Part shown: positions 28,149 to 37,793 of the stretch, in pieces
Numbering within the stretch: the stretch's first letter is position 1
Layout: each line of letters begins with the position of its first letter
Source of the DNA: Candidatus Micrarchaeota archaeon
GTDB lineage: Archaea > Micrarchaeota > Micrarchaeia > Anstonellales > Bilamarchaeaceae
Length of the DNA stretch: 41,211 nt
Assembly: GCA_018304385.1 (NCBI GenBank)
Contig: JAGVWJ010000013.1
Coordinates: 1 to 41,211, forward strand
Direction: 5' to 3'
The notes under the pieces: model-generated
What the model saw: only the letters and a program-made list of their open reading frames with translations
Database searches by the model: none
Told to the model about the DNA's origin: nothing
Program-made: the position numbers and the translations under genes

Positions 28149-28544
28149 TTATTGTAAAAACTCAAGCGCAGCTTCTGCGTTCAATGCGAGTTTTAGGAAC
28201 TTTAGCTCGTAAGCAGTAACCCATCGTGCCTCTTTATGCTCGCTAGATATAATTACGCGATCATTATCTACTGTCCCGCGATAAATTAAATAAATAGCAT
28301 GCTTCTCGTTACCCTCTTTTGGATAAACAGCTGAAGCAACACCGATAAGCGAAAGATCTTTTGCGATCAGGGAAGTTTCTTCTTTAAATTCGCGATAAGC
28401 AGCCTGTAGTGGTTGCTCGCCAAAATCAACGCTTCCGCCAGCAAATTCCCAAAGATCGTTTGGTCGCTTTAAAACTAGTATCTTATCGTTATGAAATACA
28501 ATAGCGTAAACATTAAGCTCCTGGATCTGCGTATTAATCACCAA
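28149..28544 (-). CDS. NUDIX hydrolase
   Basis: Nudix box GGSVDFGEQPLQAAYREFKEETSL. Confidence 0.92.
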   Translation of the reverse strand: MVINTQIQELNVYAIVFHNDKILVLKRPNDLWEFAGGSVDFGEQPLQAAYREFKEETSLIAKDLSLIGVASAVYPKEGNEKHAIYLIYRGTVDNDRVIISSEHKEARWVTAYELKFLKLALNAEAALEFLQ

Positions 28545-28546
28545 AA

Positions 28547-29257
28547 CTATCTTCTAAGCCTAACATCTGTAAGCTCAGCTATTCCATCCTCATCCAAAAA
28601 TTCCAGATTTTTATTACATTTTTGGCACTTAAAACTAGTATCCGTTGCGATCTCAAATCTTACAACACTTGTAGGTCCGCATGAAGAGCAGAAATAATGA
28701 TCACCCAAATTCCCATTAACAAGATCTATTTTTTCTCTTGTTCTAATCTCAACCCACTGCCTAATGCGATCACGGTTCAATGCCCAACTATACGAATACC
28801 AACCAGTTTCATTATCCTTATCGCGCATGTAATTAACCAATCCTTCGCTATGCAATTTATTCAATGTTGCGCGTACATCGCTAATCTTAAGCTTTAGTTT
28901 TTTGGCAAGATCCTCGTCGCTTAGATTGCCATAGAAATTCCTTACAATCTCCAAAGCATTCTCGCCAGCAAGATCAATAAGCAACTGCCTTGCGTATGGT
29001 TCGCTAAGGATTGTATATAGTCTTTGCATCTCTAGCTTTTCTTTTTCATCATAAATCTTCTTAATAACCTTTTCAACCTCTTCTTTTTTCTGCACCTTCA
29101 TTTTTGTATTCTTAAGAGGTAGCTTAGGCTTTTGCTTCTTGCTAAATGCCTTTAATTTTTTAGGTTTTGATTTATTTATTTTCTTCTTAATCTTCTTATT
29201 TTTAACAGTAATCTTATGTTTTCTTTTAGGAGCCAAATTATCACCTTGTTTACACAT
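28547..29257 (-). CDS. tfe: Transcription factor E (TFE-alpha) with Lys-rich N-terminal extension
   Basis: wHTH DEDLAKKLKLKISDVRATLNKLHSEGLV, GWYSYSW, zinc ribbon CSSC...CQKC. Start uncertain. Confidence 0.9.
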   Translation of the reverse strand: MCKQGDNLAPKRKHKITVKNKKIKKKINKSKPKKLKAFSKKQKPKLPLKNTKMKVQKKEEVEKVIKKIYDEKEKLEMQRLYTILSEPYARQLLIDLAGENALEIVRNFYGNLSDEDLAKKLKLKISDVRATLNKLHSEGLVNYMRDKDNETGWYSYSWALNRDRIRQWVEIRTREKIDLVNGNLGDHYFCSSCGPTSVVRFEIATDTSFKCQKCNKNLEFLDEDGIAELTDVRLRR

Positions 29258-29363
29258 TATTTACGAATTTCTAGTATTTAAACCTTTCGGTTGTTTTTAT
29301 TCGGCAATAGTCGTATTTATATACAGGCAAGCATTTTTAATGCTAAATCCGTATAAAAAGTCT

Positions 29364-30542
29364 ATGAAGATTGCCTTCTTTACTGATAGTTATCTGCCTA
29401 ATGTTGATGGCGTTGTTACGTCTATATGCAATTATAAGAAGGAGCTAGAAGCCAGAGGCCATAAAGTGTATGTTTTTTCTCCAGGAACCAAGCAACAGAA
29501 GGAGATTAACAAAGACCCTTATGTTTATTATTTTACCTCAACAGCATTCAAACCTTATCCAGACTATAGGATAGCGCTTTTCAATTTCCTAGCTCCAGTA
29601 AAGCTGATAAGAGAGCATGCTATTGATGTAATACATTCACATGGTATTGCAACTACCGGACTTGCAGCTATCCGCTCTTCACAAAAGCTAGGCATACCGG
29701 CAATAGCGACATTTCATACTATAGTGCCTAATGCTTCCCATTACATTACTAGCAATCAGCAGTTGCAAGGTATTGTTCATAGTATTGCTTGGAAGTATCT
29801 TACCTGGTATTACTCTCATTATAAAAAGGTTATAGCACCTAGCAATTTTGCAAAGAGATTGCTCGAAGAGCGTGGTTTAAAAAATGCAATAGTGCATCCA
29901 TCTGGCATCGATTTTTCTAGGTATAACGCGGTTTTTAATAGTGAAAGTACTAGTATAAGAAAGGCATTTAAAATAAAAAACAATGAGCGCGTAATTATAT
30001 TTGTAGGAAGAATCGCACTTGAGAAAAATCTTGAAGAAATTATTGAATGTGCACCTACGTTGCTAAACACCGTGCCAAAAATAAAAATATTAATTATTGG
30101 TAAAGGTCCTGCTTCAGAGCACTATAAGCAGTTAGTAAAGAACAAAGGGCTTGATCAATATTTTTTATTTACTGGTTATCTTGATGATGATGTTTTAATC
30201 AAGGTTTATTCAATGGCAGATGCATTTGTTTTCCCCTCTAAGTTTGATACACAAGGTTTAGCTGTTACTGAGTCTTTGGCAGCAGGTGTTCCAGCAATAG
30301 TTAAAGAAAATTCTGCAGTAGCAGAATATATAGAAGATGGTAAAAACGGTTTTATATATTCAAATAATTTTGACCTAGTAGAAAAAATAGTTAAGATAAT
30401 TAAAAATAAAAAGATTATGGGGCCAAATGCAAATGTTTCTGCTAGGAGATTTGACATAAAGAAAAATACAGATGAGTTATTGACAGTATATGAAATGTTG
30501 ATAAAAGAAGAAAAGATAAAAAGCGCTTATTCTTCTTCGTAA
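29364..30542 (+). CDS. GT4 family glycosyltransferase
   Basis: Motifs MKIAFFTDSYLPNVDGV, FVGRIALEKN, FVFPSKFDTQGLAVTESLAAG. The start was moved from 29139, which is antisense overlap with tfe. Confidence 0.92.
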   Translation: MKIAFFTDSYLPNVDGVVTSICNYKKELEARGHKVYVFSPGTKQQKEINKDPYVYYFTSTAFKPYPDYRIALFNFLAPVKLIREHAIDVIHSHGIATTGLAAIRSSQKLGIPAIATFHTIVPNASHYITSNQQLQGIVHSIAWKYLTWYYSHYKKVIAPSNFAKRLLEERGLKNAIVHPSGIDFSRYNAVFNSESTSIRKAFKIKNNERVIIFVGRIALEKNLEEIIECAPTLLNTVPKIKILIIGKGPASEHYKQLVKNKGLDQYFLFTGYLDDDVLIKVYSMADAFVFPSKFDTQGLAVTESLAAGVPAIVKENSAVAEYIEDGKNGFIYSNNFDLVEKIVKIIKNKKIMGPNANVSARRFDIKKNTDELLTVYEMLIKEEKIKSAYSSS

Positions 30543-31771
30543 ATCAACTTATCAACGAGTTTTTCTTTTTCTTCCCTTTCCTTTGTTTCATTGTAATTAG
30601 CTATCCCTATTACATCACTATCAACATATCTTGTTGTTGGTGTTTTAACCTCGCCAGTTGATGTAGCAACCTCATTACATTTATCTATCTTCTCCTGATT
30701 TGCTATAGCGCTGCAGAGTGTTTGATTTTTTGTTAATCCTGCAACTTCTATGTAGCAATCATCTTTATAATCTGCAGATGTTATCCTGGGGCATATATCT
30801 GCATCCTTCTTTACAACAGCTACATTCAAGAAACACAGATCAGTTTTTGATCCAGCATATTTACATGCATCTACTTCCTTATTGTATATTGCATGCGTGT
30901 ATATGCACGATTCTCTTTCTTTCACATCAATCTTTTTATAGCATCTTAAAAATTCAGAGACTTGTTCCTCCTCCTCTACTATAAGTGTAGATGCCAATCT
31001 AGTAGATATATTTGATGGCAGGTTAATCTCTGGTTCAGTTTCAAAATCAGATGAAATTAACTTAAAGTGCGTATAAACAGGTAGCCCTCTAAATGTATAA
31101 TTGAAATATTTTTCATATGGTTCTTTTTTGTTTTTGTCTACGCAGTAATATCCAGAGAAGAAGATTGGAGAGCCAGCACCTATCCCAAATTTATTAGCCT
31201 CTTCTATTGTTAGCTTAGAATAATCGATGTTAAAATTAATCTTAGTGCATTTTCCTAGTGGATTATCTGCCTCTTCTATACCCTTGAATGTTAAAAATCC
31301 TCTTTCAACCAAGAAGCTCGAATCCTCAACACTCTCTAGCATCTTTTTATCATCAAATAGTAAACCCTTTAGTCTATTCGTATAATCTTGAACATATGTG
31401 TCATTTTCTGCATACGCGCAGACGTCATCTGATTCCCTTATTTTAATACATAAAACAGTTGCATTGTTGGTAAAATAAGCAGTTCTTCTACTTAAAGGAA
31501 TTTCCTCAACTATCTTGCTGTTTTCTTTGTTTTTTAGCAGTGTTACTCTTACAGTATACCCGTTTCTATCTTCCCCGTATAAGTAGCTATAACTATCCTT
31601 TCCTTTACCCGTTAGTAGCGCGGATAGGTAAAGATCTTTTGCCTCTGAATTTACATTAGCAGTTGCATTCGCTTCTACCACAGGTTTCGTTGTCGATGTT
31701 TTTGAAAACACGAATATCAGGAATATAGCAACTAAAAATATTCCGATAATAGTAATACCTTTATTAGTCAT
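30527..31771 (-). CDS. N-terminally anchored extracellular protein with C-terminal Cys-rich repeats
   Basis: Single N-terminal TM helix. About three repeats of roughly 26 aa with pattern C-x4-A-x4-D/N-x3-C. Confidence 0.75.
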   Translation of the reverse strand: MTNKGITIIGIFLVAIFLIFVFSKTSTTKPVVEANATANVNSEAKDLYLSALLTGKGKDSYSYLYGEDRNGYTVRVTLLKNKENSKIVEEIPLSRRTAYFTNNATVLCIKIRESDDVCAYAENDTYVQDYTNRLKGLLFDDKKMLESVEDSSFLVERGFLTFKGIEEADNPLGKCTKINFNIDYSKLTIEEANKFGIGAGSPIFFSGYYCVDKNKKEPYEKYFNYTFRGLPVYTHFKLISSDFETEPEINLPSNISTRLASTLIVEEEEQVSEFLRCYKKIDVKERESCIYTHAIYNKEVDACKYAGSKTDLCFLNVAVVKKDADICPRITSADYKDDCYIEVAGLTKNQTLCSAIANQEKIDKCNEVATSTGEVKTPTTRYVDSDVIGIANYNETKEREEKEKLVDKLIYEEE

Positions 31772-31854
31772 GAGATCACCTACTCTAATATATTGTAATA
31801 AACAATATTAACAAAATATTAAAAAACCTTTTCTTTATGTTAATTTTGATATTA

Positions 31855-32403
31855 ATGGATTTTGTACCAAAAAAAATATTTTTTACTAAAGGAGTAGGGA
31901 AAAGTAAGGACCAATTGATGTCATTTGAACTTGCTTTACGCGATGCAGATATAGAACCATATAATTTGGTTCATGTATCTAGTATTTTCCCTCCTGACGT
32001 TAAAATAGTTTCAAAAGAAGAGGGCTTAAAACATTTAAAACCAGGTCAAATAGTTTTTGTTGTAATGGCACGCATTGCGTCAAATGAACCAAATCGTTTG
32101 TTAGCAGCTTCCATAGGATGTGCAATTCCTGCTGATAAAAAAATGTACGGTTATTTAAGCGAGCTGCATGAATTTGGCCTAACTGAAAGAAAGGCAGCGG
32201 ATAAATCAGAAGACCTAGCAGCTAGTATGCTTGCGTCAACATTAGGCGTTCAGTTTGATCCAGAAACTGCCTGGGATGAAAGGGAGAAATACTTTAAAAT
32301 GAGCGGTAAAGTCGTTCGAACAATTAATGTAACGCAAACATGTGAAGCAGATAAAAATGGTAAATGGACAAGTGTTGTTGCCGCAGCAGTGTTAATCTTT
32401 TGA
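31855..32403 (+). CDS. pdaD: Pyruvoyl-dependent arginine decarboxylase
   Basis: Motifs [32 protein letters not shown] (Ser-Ser self-cleavage site), GYLSELH. Confidence 0.92.
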   Translation: MDFVPKKIFFTKGVGKSKDQLMSFELALRDADIEPYNLVHVSSIFPPDVKIVSKEEGLKHLKPGQIVFVVMARIASNEPNRLLAASIGCAIPADKKMYGYLSELHEFGLTERKAADKSEDLAASMLASTLGVQFDPETAWDEREKYFKMSGKVVRTINVTQTCEADKNGKWTSVVAAAVLIF

Positions 32404-32472
32404 TGGTAGTATATTTTTAATTTAATATGTAATAATTATTAATCGCTTTTGTAAAAGCAGAAGGTGATTTTG

Positions 32473-32895
32473 ATGGGATTTCTTGAAAGTTTGATGAAGG
32501 GCGAAGAAGAAAAACCTTCTGAGCCAAGTGGTACACCTTTTAAAGTGAGTTTGGGGTTTTCACCACTTAGACTAGGTGCAATGAAAGATAATAAGGTTAA
32601 TCTAGTTGTGCGCATAACTAATATTAGCGGTGATGAGCAGTTGGTTTCTATCGATGCTGCATTACCAAGAAATCATCTTATTGGTTTTGATCCAACATGC
32701 ATTAATAAAAACATTGAGAAAAAACTCGGTAAGCTTCAGGCTAATGATACAACTGAGATAGTGTTATCAATATGGGGCAATAACCAATCAAAGGAAGGAA
32801 ACTATCCAATACAAGTTACTGTTTATGCACATTATCTTGATTATAGCAAGGTATTGGGTTCAGTTAGAAAGAATGTTTCGTTAAGAGTTGTGTGA
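32473..32895 (+). CDS. Hypothetical Ig-like beta-sandwich protein
   Basis: Alternating beta pattern (LVVRITNISG, GNYPIQVTVY), SD-like ggtga upstream, no signal peptide. Confidence 0.7.
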   Translation: MGFLESLMKGEEEKPSEPSGTPFKVSLGFSPLRLGAMKDNKVNLVVRITNISGDEQLVSIDAALPRNHLIGFDPTCINKNIEKKLGKLQANDTTEIVLSIWGNNQSKEGNYPIQVTVYAHYLDYSKVLGSVRKNVSLRVV

Positions 32896-32899
32896 CCTA

Positions 32900-33634
32900 T
32901 TATTTTAATTTAAAATAAATTCTTCTATTATTTTTTCCTTTGTTTTCTAATTTTATTAGTTCTATTTTGCCAACCTCGTTAGTATTCTTAACATGCGGTC
33001 CACCATCTGCCTGAATATCTATCCCTGGAATTTCCAGTATGCGAAGTTCTTTTATTTCTGGTGGCAACGCGCCAGCAAGCTTGACTACACCTGGAATCTT
33101 AAGTGCTTCTTCTCTTGGAAGAAAGTAGATTTTAATTTCTACGTTTGTCTTGAGTGCTTCATTAGTTTTTCTTACATATTCTTCAATTAGTTCGCGTGTT
33201 GGATTTTCCAAGTTAAAATCTATTCTGCTCTGATCGGTATCAATTTGATTGCCAGTTATAAGTACGCTTGCCTCTTTGTTCATTATACCTACGAGTGCAT
33301 GCGCTGCAGTATGCATGCGCATTAGCTTATATCTGCGCTCCCAATCTATAATACATTTGACGTGGTCACCAGTTTTCAGTGCCAGGGGCTCCGCCCCTAG
33401 CGCAACCCCCTTTTGATTTAGTTCGTGTACTATCTGACCCTCGGATTTCACAACACCCACAACCCCGAACTCACTACCCGTAACAATTATTTTTCCTGTA
33501 TCGCTCGGCAGCCCACCACCACGCGGATAAAAACAAGTTTTATCCAATACAACTTTTCCATCATTTACACTAACTACTTGCGCATCGCATTCTTTTATGT
33601 AACTGTCTTCTAAGTAAAGCGCTGATTCTTTCAT
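32900..33634 (-). CDS. alaX: Alanyl-tRNA editing protein AlaX (AlaX-M type)
   Basis: Motifs LYLEDSY, LDKTCFYPRGGGLPSDTG, RMHTAAH (HxxxH), QADGGPHV. Confidence 0.92.
   Translation of the reverse strand: MKESALYLEDSYIKECDAQVVSVNDGKVVLDKTCFYPRGGGLPSDTGKIIVTGSEFGVVGVVKSEGQIVHELNQKGVALGAEPLALKTGDHVKCIIDWERRYKLMRMHTAAHALVGIMNKEASVLITGNQIDTDQSRIDFNLENPTRELIEEYVRKTNEALKTNVEIKIYFLPREEALKIPGVVKLAGALPPEIKELRILEIPGIDIQADGGPHVKNTNEVGKIELIKLENKGKNNRRIYFKLK
33378..33411. repeat. GC-rich hairpin repeat family member inside alaX coding sequence
   Basis: Exact reverse complement of 39944-39977. It is translated as (K)GVALGAEPLA(L). Confidence 0.9.
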
Positions 33635-33656
33635 AAAATTTTTACTCCTTTAATTA

Positions 33657-34157
33657 TTATAATTCTATGCTAGCGCACCAGCGATAATTTATCTTACACA
33701 TTGCTCCGATCGCTTTTTCTCTTAGTTGCACGTCTTCGTTTTCGTCAAATGCTATTTTTGAGAATACATTGATCATGTATGAAGCGATTGGAGGAAAAGG
33801 AATAAATGGTTCTGGTGGTCGCCAACGATATTTTTCCCGTGGTTCTAGTTTGAAAAACTGGCGTATTGCTTCTATTCTTTTGTGTATTGGCTGTGTTTTG
33901 TCAGTTATTATGGATACTATCTCCTTTACATTTGGATCTTCTACGATATCCATTTTTTCTTCTTTTAATCGCTCAAAGACCGCTCTCCAGTTGCCAACAG
34001 CTTCAACAAAAGATTCATAGGAAGGTGAAAAATCATTAGCACTGCCATGTTTTTTTATACATCGTTCTATGAAAGCTTGACCAGATAACAGATTCTTAAA
34101 ATGGTTAAAATCTATTACTGTTGCTTTGTTGTTATCTGATCTTTCAAGTTTCTGCAT
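33657..34157 (-). CDS. Hypothetical protein
   Basis: 166-aa ORF co-oriented with alaX, with a ggtga SD-like motif upstream. Confidence 0.65.
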   Translation of the reverse strand: MQKLERSDNNKATVIDFNHFKNLLSGQAFIERCIKKHGSANDFSPSYESFVEAVGNWRAVFERLKEEKMDIVEDPNVKEIVSIITDKTQPIHKRIEAIRQFFKLEPREKYRWRPPEPFIPFPPIASYMINVFSKIAFDENEDVQLREKAIGAMCKINYRWCASIEL

Positions 34158-34249
34158 TTTATCACCAGCTAAATCAGGATCATGTAATGCCTTAAATTTT
34201 GTGACATAAGTGATTCATTTAAATATATTTTGATCCAAAAAAGCCAATT

Positions 34250-34897
34250 ATGACTAATATACGAAATGAGGTTTGGCAATTGATTGAGCGAGACCCATCA
34301 ATAAAATTAGATTTGGAACGTGGTCTGATCAATATGCGTGCCCTTGCACGATTTTGCAGAGATAGTGGAATAGAAGGCAGTGAAGATGCGATATTATCCG
34401 CAATTCGCAGATATCCGAAAGGCCAAAAATCAAGGAAGCAATACGAAAAGGCGATTAAAATAGTTGAAGGTTCAGCTATTACAATTCGTAGCCACGTTGC
34501 TAGTATTGCTCTTAGCAAAAGTAAAGAAACGCACGAACTGCTCTCTGCTGTTTTTAAAATTATACGATATGAAAAAAGTGAGATTTGTAGGGTTGTAGAA
34601 GCAGAAGAATCTATCCACCTAATGGTTGACAAGAAAAATCTAGATAAGATTATTACTATATTTCCTTCTCGTTTAGTATTAGAAACACGAAAGCATCTTG
34701 CTGAGATAAATCTCCACCTGAATCCAAAGACACTAGAGACTCCAGGTGTGCTTTCAATTATTGCTAACGAATTGACAAGGAATGAAATTAATTTATATGA
34801 AGTTATGAGTTGTGTACCAGAACTATTACTTTTTGTTGATGAAGAGAATGCTGTAAAAGCACACCAGGTGCTTTTTGATTTGGCGAAGTCAAAGTAA
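34250..34897 (+). CDS. Archaeal ACT-domain-containing protein
   Basis: GLINMRALAR N-terminal helix motif. C-terminal ACT-like TPGVLSIIANELTRNEINLYEVMSCVPELLLFV. Confidence 0.8.
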   Translation: MTNIRNEVWQLIERDPSIKLDLERGLINMRALARFCRDSGIEGSEDAILSAIRRYPKGQKSRKQYEKAIKIVEGSAITIRSHVASIALSKSKETHELLSAVFKIIRYEKSEICRVVEAEESIHLMVDKKNLDKIITIFPSRLVLETRKHLAEINLHLNPKTLETPGVLSIIANELTRNEINLYEVMSCVPELLLFVDEENAVKAHQVLFDLAKSK

Positions 34898-34930
34898 GCG
34901 CTTAAAAATAGATCGCTTTGAAATATAATT

Positions 34931-35095
34931 ATGGCATTGGCTTATAAGAAAGAAGAGGATTTACTAGCTGGAAAAGTATACGCAAAAGTTGATAACTTAA
35001 TAGGGCAAGCGCACGAAAGGGTAGCAGGATTGCTCGTAGGTTTTGACAGAGCAGTACCAGCGAATTCTGAGTTTAATCGCATTTTTGGGAAGTAG
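34931..35095 (+). CDS. Small hypothetical protein (54 aa, absent from ORF track)
   Basis: MALAYKKEEDLLAGKVYAKVDNLIGQAHERVAGLLVGFDRAVPANSEFNRIFGK fills the gap exactly. Its stop overlaps the SD-like ggtg of the next gene. Confidence 0.5.
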   Translation: MALAYKKEEDLLAGKVYAKVDNLIGQAHERVAGLLVGFDRAVPANSEFNRIFGK

Positions 35096-35103
35096 GTGCA
35101 TAA

Positions 35104-35337
35104 ATGGACAAAGAAAAAATTCTAAAAATCCTAAAAAACTCCAAGACCCAATATGCGTATGATAACAAAAGCCGTATTTACAGCGCTAAATTTTTTATAA
35201 ATGGTAAGCCACGTGTACTTACAATGCGCTTAGGTTCTGATTTTGTAGAATTCTCTTTAGCAGACGAAAAAGGTAATGTCTTAGAAGTATTAGAGCAAAA
35301 AGGCGGTAATGTAAGTTTTAACCAAGTAAAAAAATAA
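35104..35337 (+). CDS. Small hypothetical protein (77 aa)
   Basis: SD-like aggtg upstream and plausible composition. Confidence 0.6.
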   Translation: MDKEKILKILKNSKTQYAYDNKSRIYSAKFFINGKPRVLTMRLGSDFVEFSLADEKGNVLEVLEQKGGNVSFNQVKK

Positions 35338-35359
35338 CATTTTTTGTAAATGATTCTAG

Positions 35360-36316
35360 TTAGAATAACGCCACGCCTAATTTGGGGCTGGTTACCCAGA
35401 ATATATTCATACCTAAATTAGCTCTAGTGAGTGCGCTAACTAGGTAGGAACCTGATAAAGCATCAGCGCCGCGAATTATAGGACCAATATTGGTGCCTTC
35501 TTTTAAATGATTACACTCAAGACCAAGTATGCGAAGATCGCTCTCTCTTGCAGCTATTCTTATTGTTTTAAAGTATCTTAATATACTAGCTTCTAATAAA
35601 AATGGCATTCCGTATGGAAGAATACGCAATTTACGGATGAAATCAATAATTCTTTTATCTGCTATTTTCATACCGCTTGGGATGCAATGAATCGGATCTT
35701 TTCTATAATAACCATTTGTTTTTGGAAACCTTTCGATTATATAAATATCTTCTTCTTGAGCCCTTATTTCATAATTATTGTTTCCTAGATTTATTAACTC
35801 AAAATCAGGGTGATTAACTACTAACGCACAGTTTTTCTTTCCTCTAAATCTTTTTGGAACAAATAAAGAAATAGTAGCGTATCTGCCATCCTCGTCTATA
35901 AATTTAAAAACAACTTTTTCTTCAAACGGCTTACCTGGTTTTTCATAAATAATTAGAGTTCCTGTCCATACTCCAACATTCGGGTACATTCTGTCAGGTA
36001 GTGTATGGCCTATGTTTTCTGTTAAAATCTTATCATGAATATCATTCGGAACGATTAGTTTCCCTTCTTTTCTTGCTAAGGCTAGTATTTCAAAAAACGT
36101 TAACTCTGTATGAAATTCTATTGTTTGTAATGCTCGTTCTGGTGTCATGCTTCTTAGCATTTCTCTTCTTGCTCGTAAGCGTTCTAGTTCAGTTCCTTGA
36201 ACATCTACTTGTCTTATTTCTCGCTTAGGTTCTGGTTTATATTTTCCGAATATATCACTCGCGCGTAAGGCGTGTCTCACTGCCCAAGATTCGACGCCTA
36301 TTGCCAGTTTTCTCAT
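35360..36316 (-). CDS. Hypothetical protein
   Basis: 318-aa ORF with no recognised catalytic motif. Confidence 0.7.
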   Translation of the reverse strand: MRKLAIGVESWAVRHALRASDIFGKYKPEPKREIRQVDVQGTELERLRARREMLRSMTPERALQTIEFHTELTFFEILALARKEGKLIVPNDIHDKILTENIGHTLPDRMYPNVGVWTGTLIIYEKPGKPFEEKVVFKFIDEDGRYATISLFVPKRFRGKKNCALVVNHPDFELINLGNNNYEIRAQEEDIYIIERFPKTNGYYRKDPIHCIPSGMKIADKRIIDFIRKLRILPYGMPFLLEASILRYFKTIRIAARESDLRILGLECNHLKEGTNIGPIIRGADALSGSYLVSALTRANLGMNIFWVTSPKLGVALF

Positions 36317-36402
36317 GTTACTATAATAGTAGAAGAGTGTTTATAAACCTGTTTATTATTGTATAGCGTTTATTTATAAAATCATTTTTTCCAATTGTTA
36401 TC

Positions 36403-37068
36403 ATGTCTTACAAGCTAGAAAAAATAAATGCAGCTCGAGCTGCGCTCGAATTTATAAAAAGTGGAATGGTTGTTGGCTTAGGAAGCGGAAGCACTGCCAA
36501 AGAATTTATTGAGCTGCTTGCAGAGCGCATAAAAAAGGAAAATCTCCATATTGTTGGTGTACCTACCTCTTTTGATACGAGAATTTTCGCTCATAAGCTA
36601 GGAATAAGAATTGCAGAACCAGATGAAGTTAAAAGAATAGATATAGCAGTAGATGGTGCAGATGTTGCAACAAAAACAGCATTGCTAAAAGGCGGAGGCG
36701 GAGCACTGCTTCGTGAGAAGGTTATTGCGTACGCTGCCAAGAGATTTATTGTGATTGCTGATGAAACAAAGATCAAGCAACAATTGCAAGGTAAAGTCGT
36801 AGTAGAAACAGTGCCATTTGCACATCAAAATGTTATCCAAGCATTGCACAGATATACAAAAAAAGTCGATTATCGCTCTGCAGATGTTAAGCTCGGACCA
36901 ATAATAACAGATAATGGTAATTTCTTACTAGATGCAGAAATGCTCGTGAGCGATCCGAAAAAAATGGAAGTTGAGTTAAATACCATTCCGGGCGTAGTTG
37001 AGAATGGAATATTTACGAAATTTGATAGGATAATTGTTGGGAGCAAGGAAGGTAGCAGGGTTTTATAA
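36403..37068 (+). CDS. rpiA: Ribose-5-phosphate isomerase A
   Basis: Motifs GLGSGST, DIAVDGAD, KGGGGALLREK, ITDNGNF, IPGVVENGIF. Confidence 0.97.
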   Translation: MSYKLEKINAARAALEFIKSGMVVGLGSGSTAKEFIELLAERIKKENLHIVGVPTSFDTRIFAHKLGIRIAEPDEVKRIDIAVDGADVATKTALLKGGGGALLREKVIAYAAKRFIVIADETKIKQQLQGKVVVETVPFAHQNVIQALHRYTKKVDYRSADVKLGPIITDNGNFLLDAEMLVSDPKKMEVELNTIPGVVENGIFTKFDRIIVGSKEGSRVL

Positions 37069-37689
37069 TTTTCTTATTATATTCCCTCTCCCTCGTTTGA
37101 ATTTCTTTATTTTTCCCATTTGCTCAAGCTCGCTTAAAATTAAACTTAATTTAGCATCTGAAAAATTCAATGTATCTTTAAGTTCTTTTTGTGTTGTGCG
37201 GCCTTCAAGGCTTTCAAGTGTTTGTAATACCTTCTTAGCATCTTCATCTAATTCTTGCTTTTTAGCTGGAGTGAGTTCTTTTTGAGATATACCTTTTTTT
37301 GCCATAACTATATTATATAATAAAAACAGCCCTATAATTACCAAACCAGCTGCAAAAACATAATCAAAGGTATTGCCTTTTGGCGAAAGGGCTAGGTCAA
37401 TCCTTTGATCGCCCTCTCCAATTCTGACTTCTTCTTTTGCTGAAAAAGTAATATCATTGTTATCCTGATGTTCAGCAGAAATAGTGTAATCTCCTTCAGG
37501 TAAGTCTATAGAATAATTAGATTTTGTTATTACCAATTGATATGAAAATCTACCGTCTATTTTTACAACTGTATTATTGAGTTTTTCCAGACTATGTGCT
37601 TTGTAGATGTCACCATAAACAAAAGCAGTATAGCCTAAGCTGACAAAAAGCATAAAAAGAGCTAAAAATACCACTAAACGCATAGTCAT
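37063..37689 (-). CDS. Membrane-spanning protein with extracellular beta domain and cytoplasmic winged-helix DNA-binding domain
   Basis: Signal peptide, beta-sandwich, TM helix, then GRTTQKELKDTLNFSDAKLSLILSELEQMGKIKKFKRGRGNII. Confidence 0.85.
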   Translation of the reverse strand: MTMRLVVFLALFMLFVSLGYTAFVYGDIYKAHSLEKLNNTVVKIDGRFSYQLVITKSNYSIDLPEGDYTISAEHQDNNDITFSAKEEVRIGEGDQRIDLALSPKGNTFDYVFAAGLVIIGLFLLYNIVMAKKGISQKELTPAKKQELDEDAKKVLQTLESLEGRTTQKELKDTLNFSDAKLSLILSELEQMGKIKKFKRGRGNIIRKL

Positions 37690-37793
37690 TTATCGCTTTT
37701 TTTATTTATAAACATATTTTATTTCAGCGTCGAAAACGTTTTTCTAAAAAATGCTTATAAATAAGCGAAATTAAGATATCTTTGGTGAGCTGT

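Noticed and set aside
29139-29363. Hydrophobic N-terminal extension on the glycosyltransferase
   Set aside because: Antisense of the Lys-rich tfe region plus the divergent promoter. The GT4 motif starts at 29364.
32990-33020. AlaX has DGGPH in place of CGGTH
   Set aside because: To my knowledge this variant occurs in other archaeal AlaX-M proteins, so it is not treated as novel.
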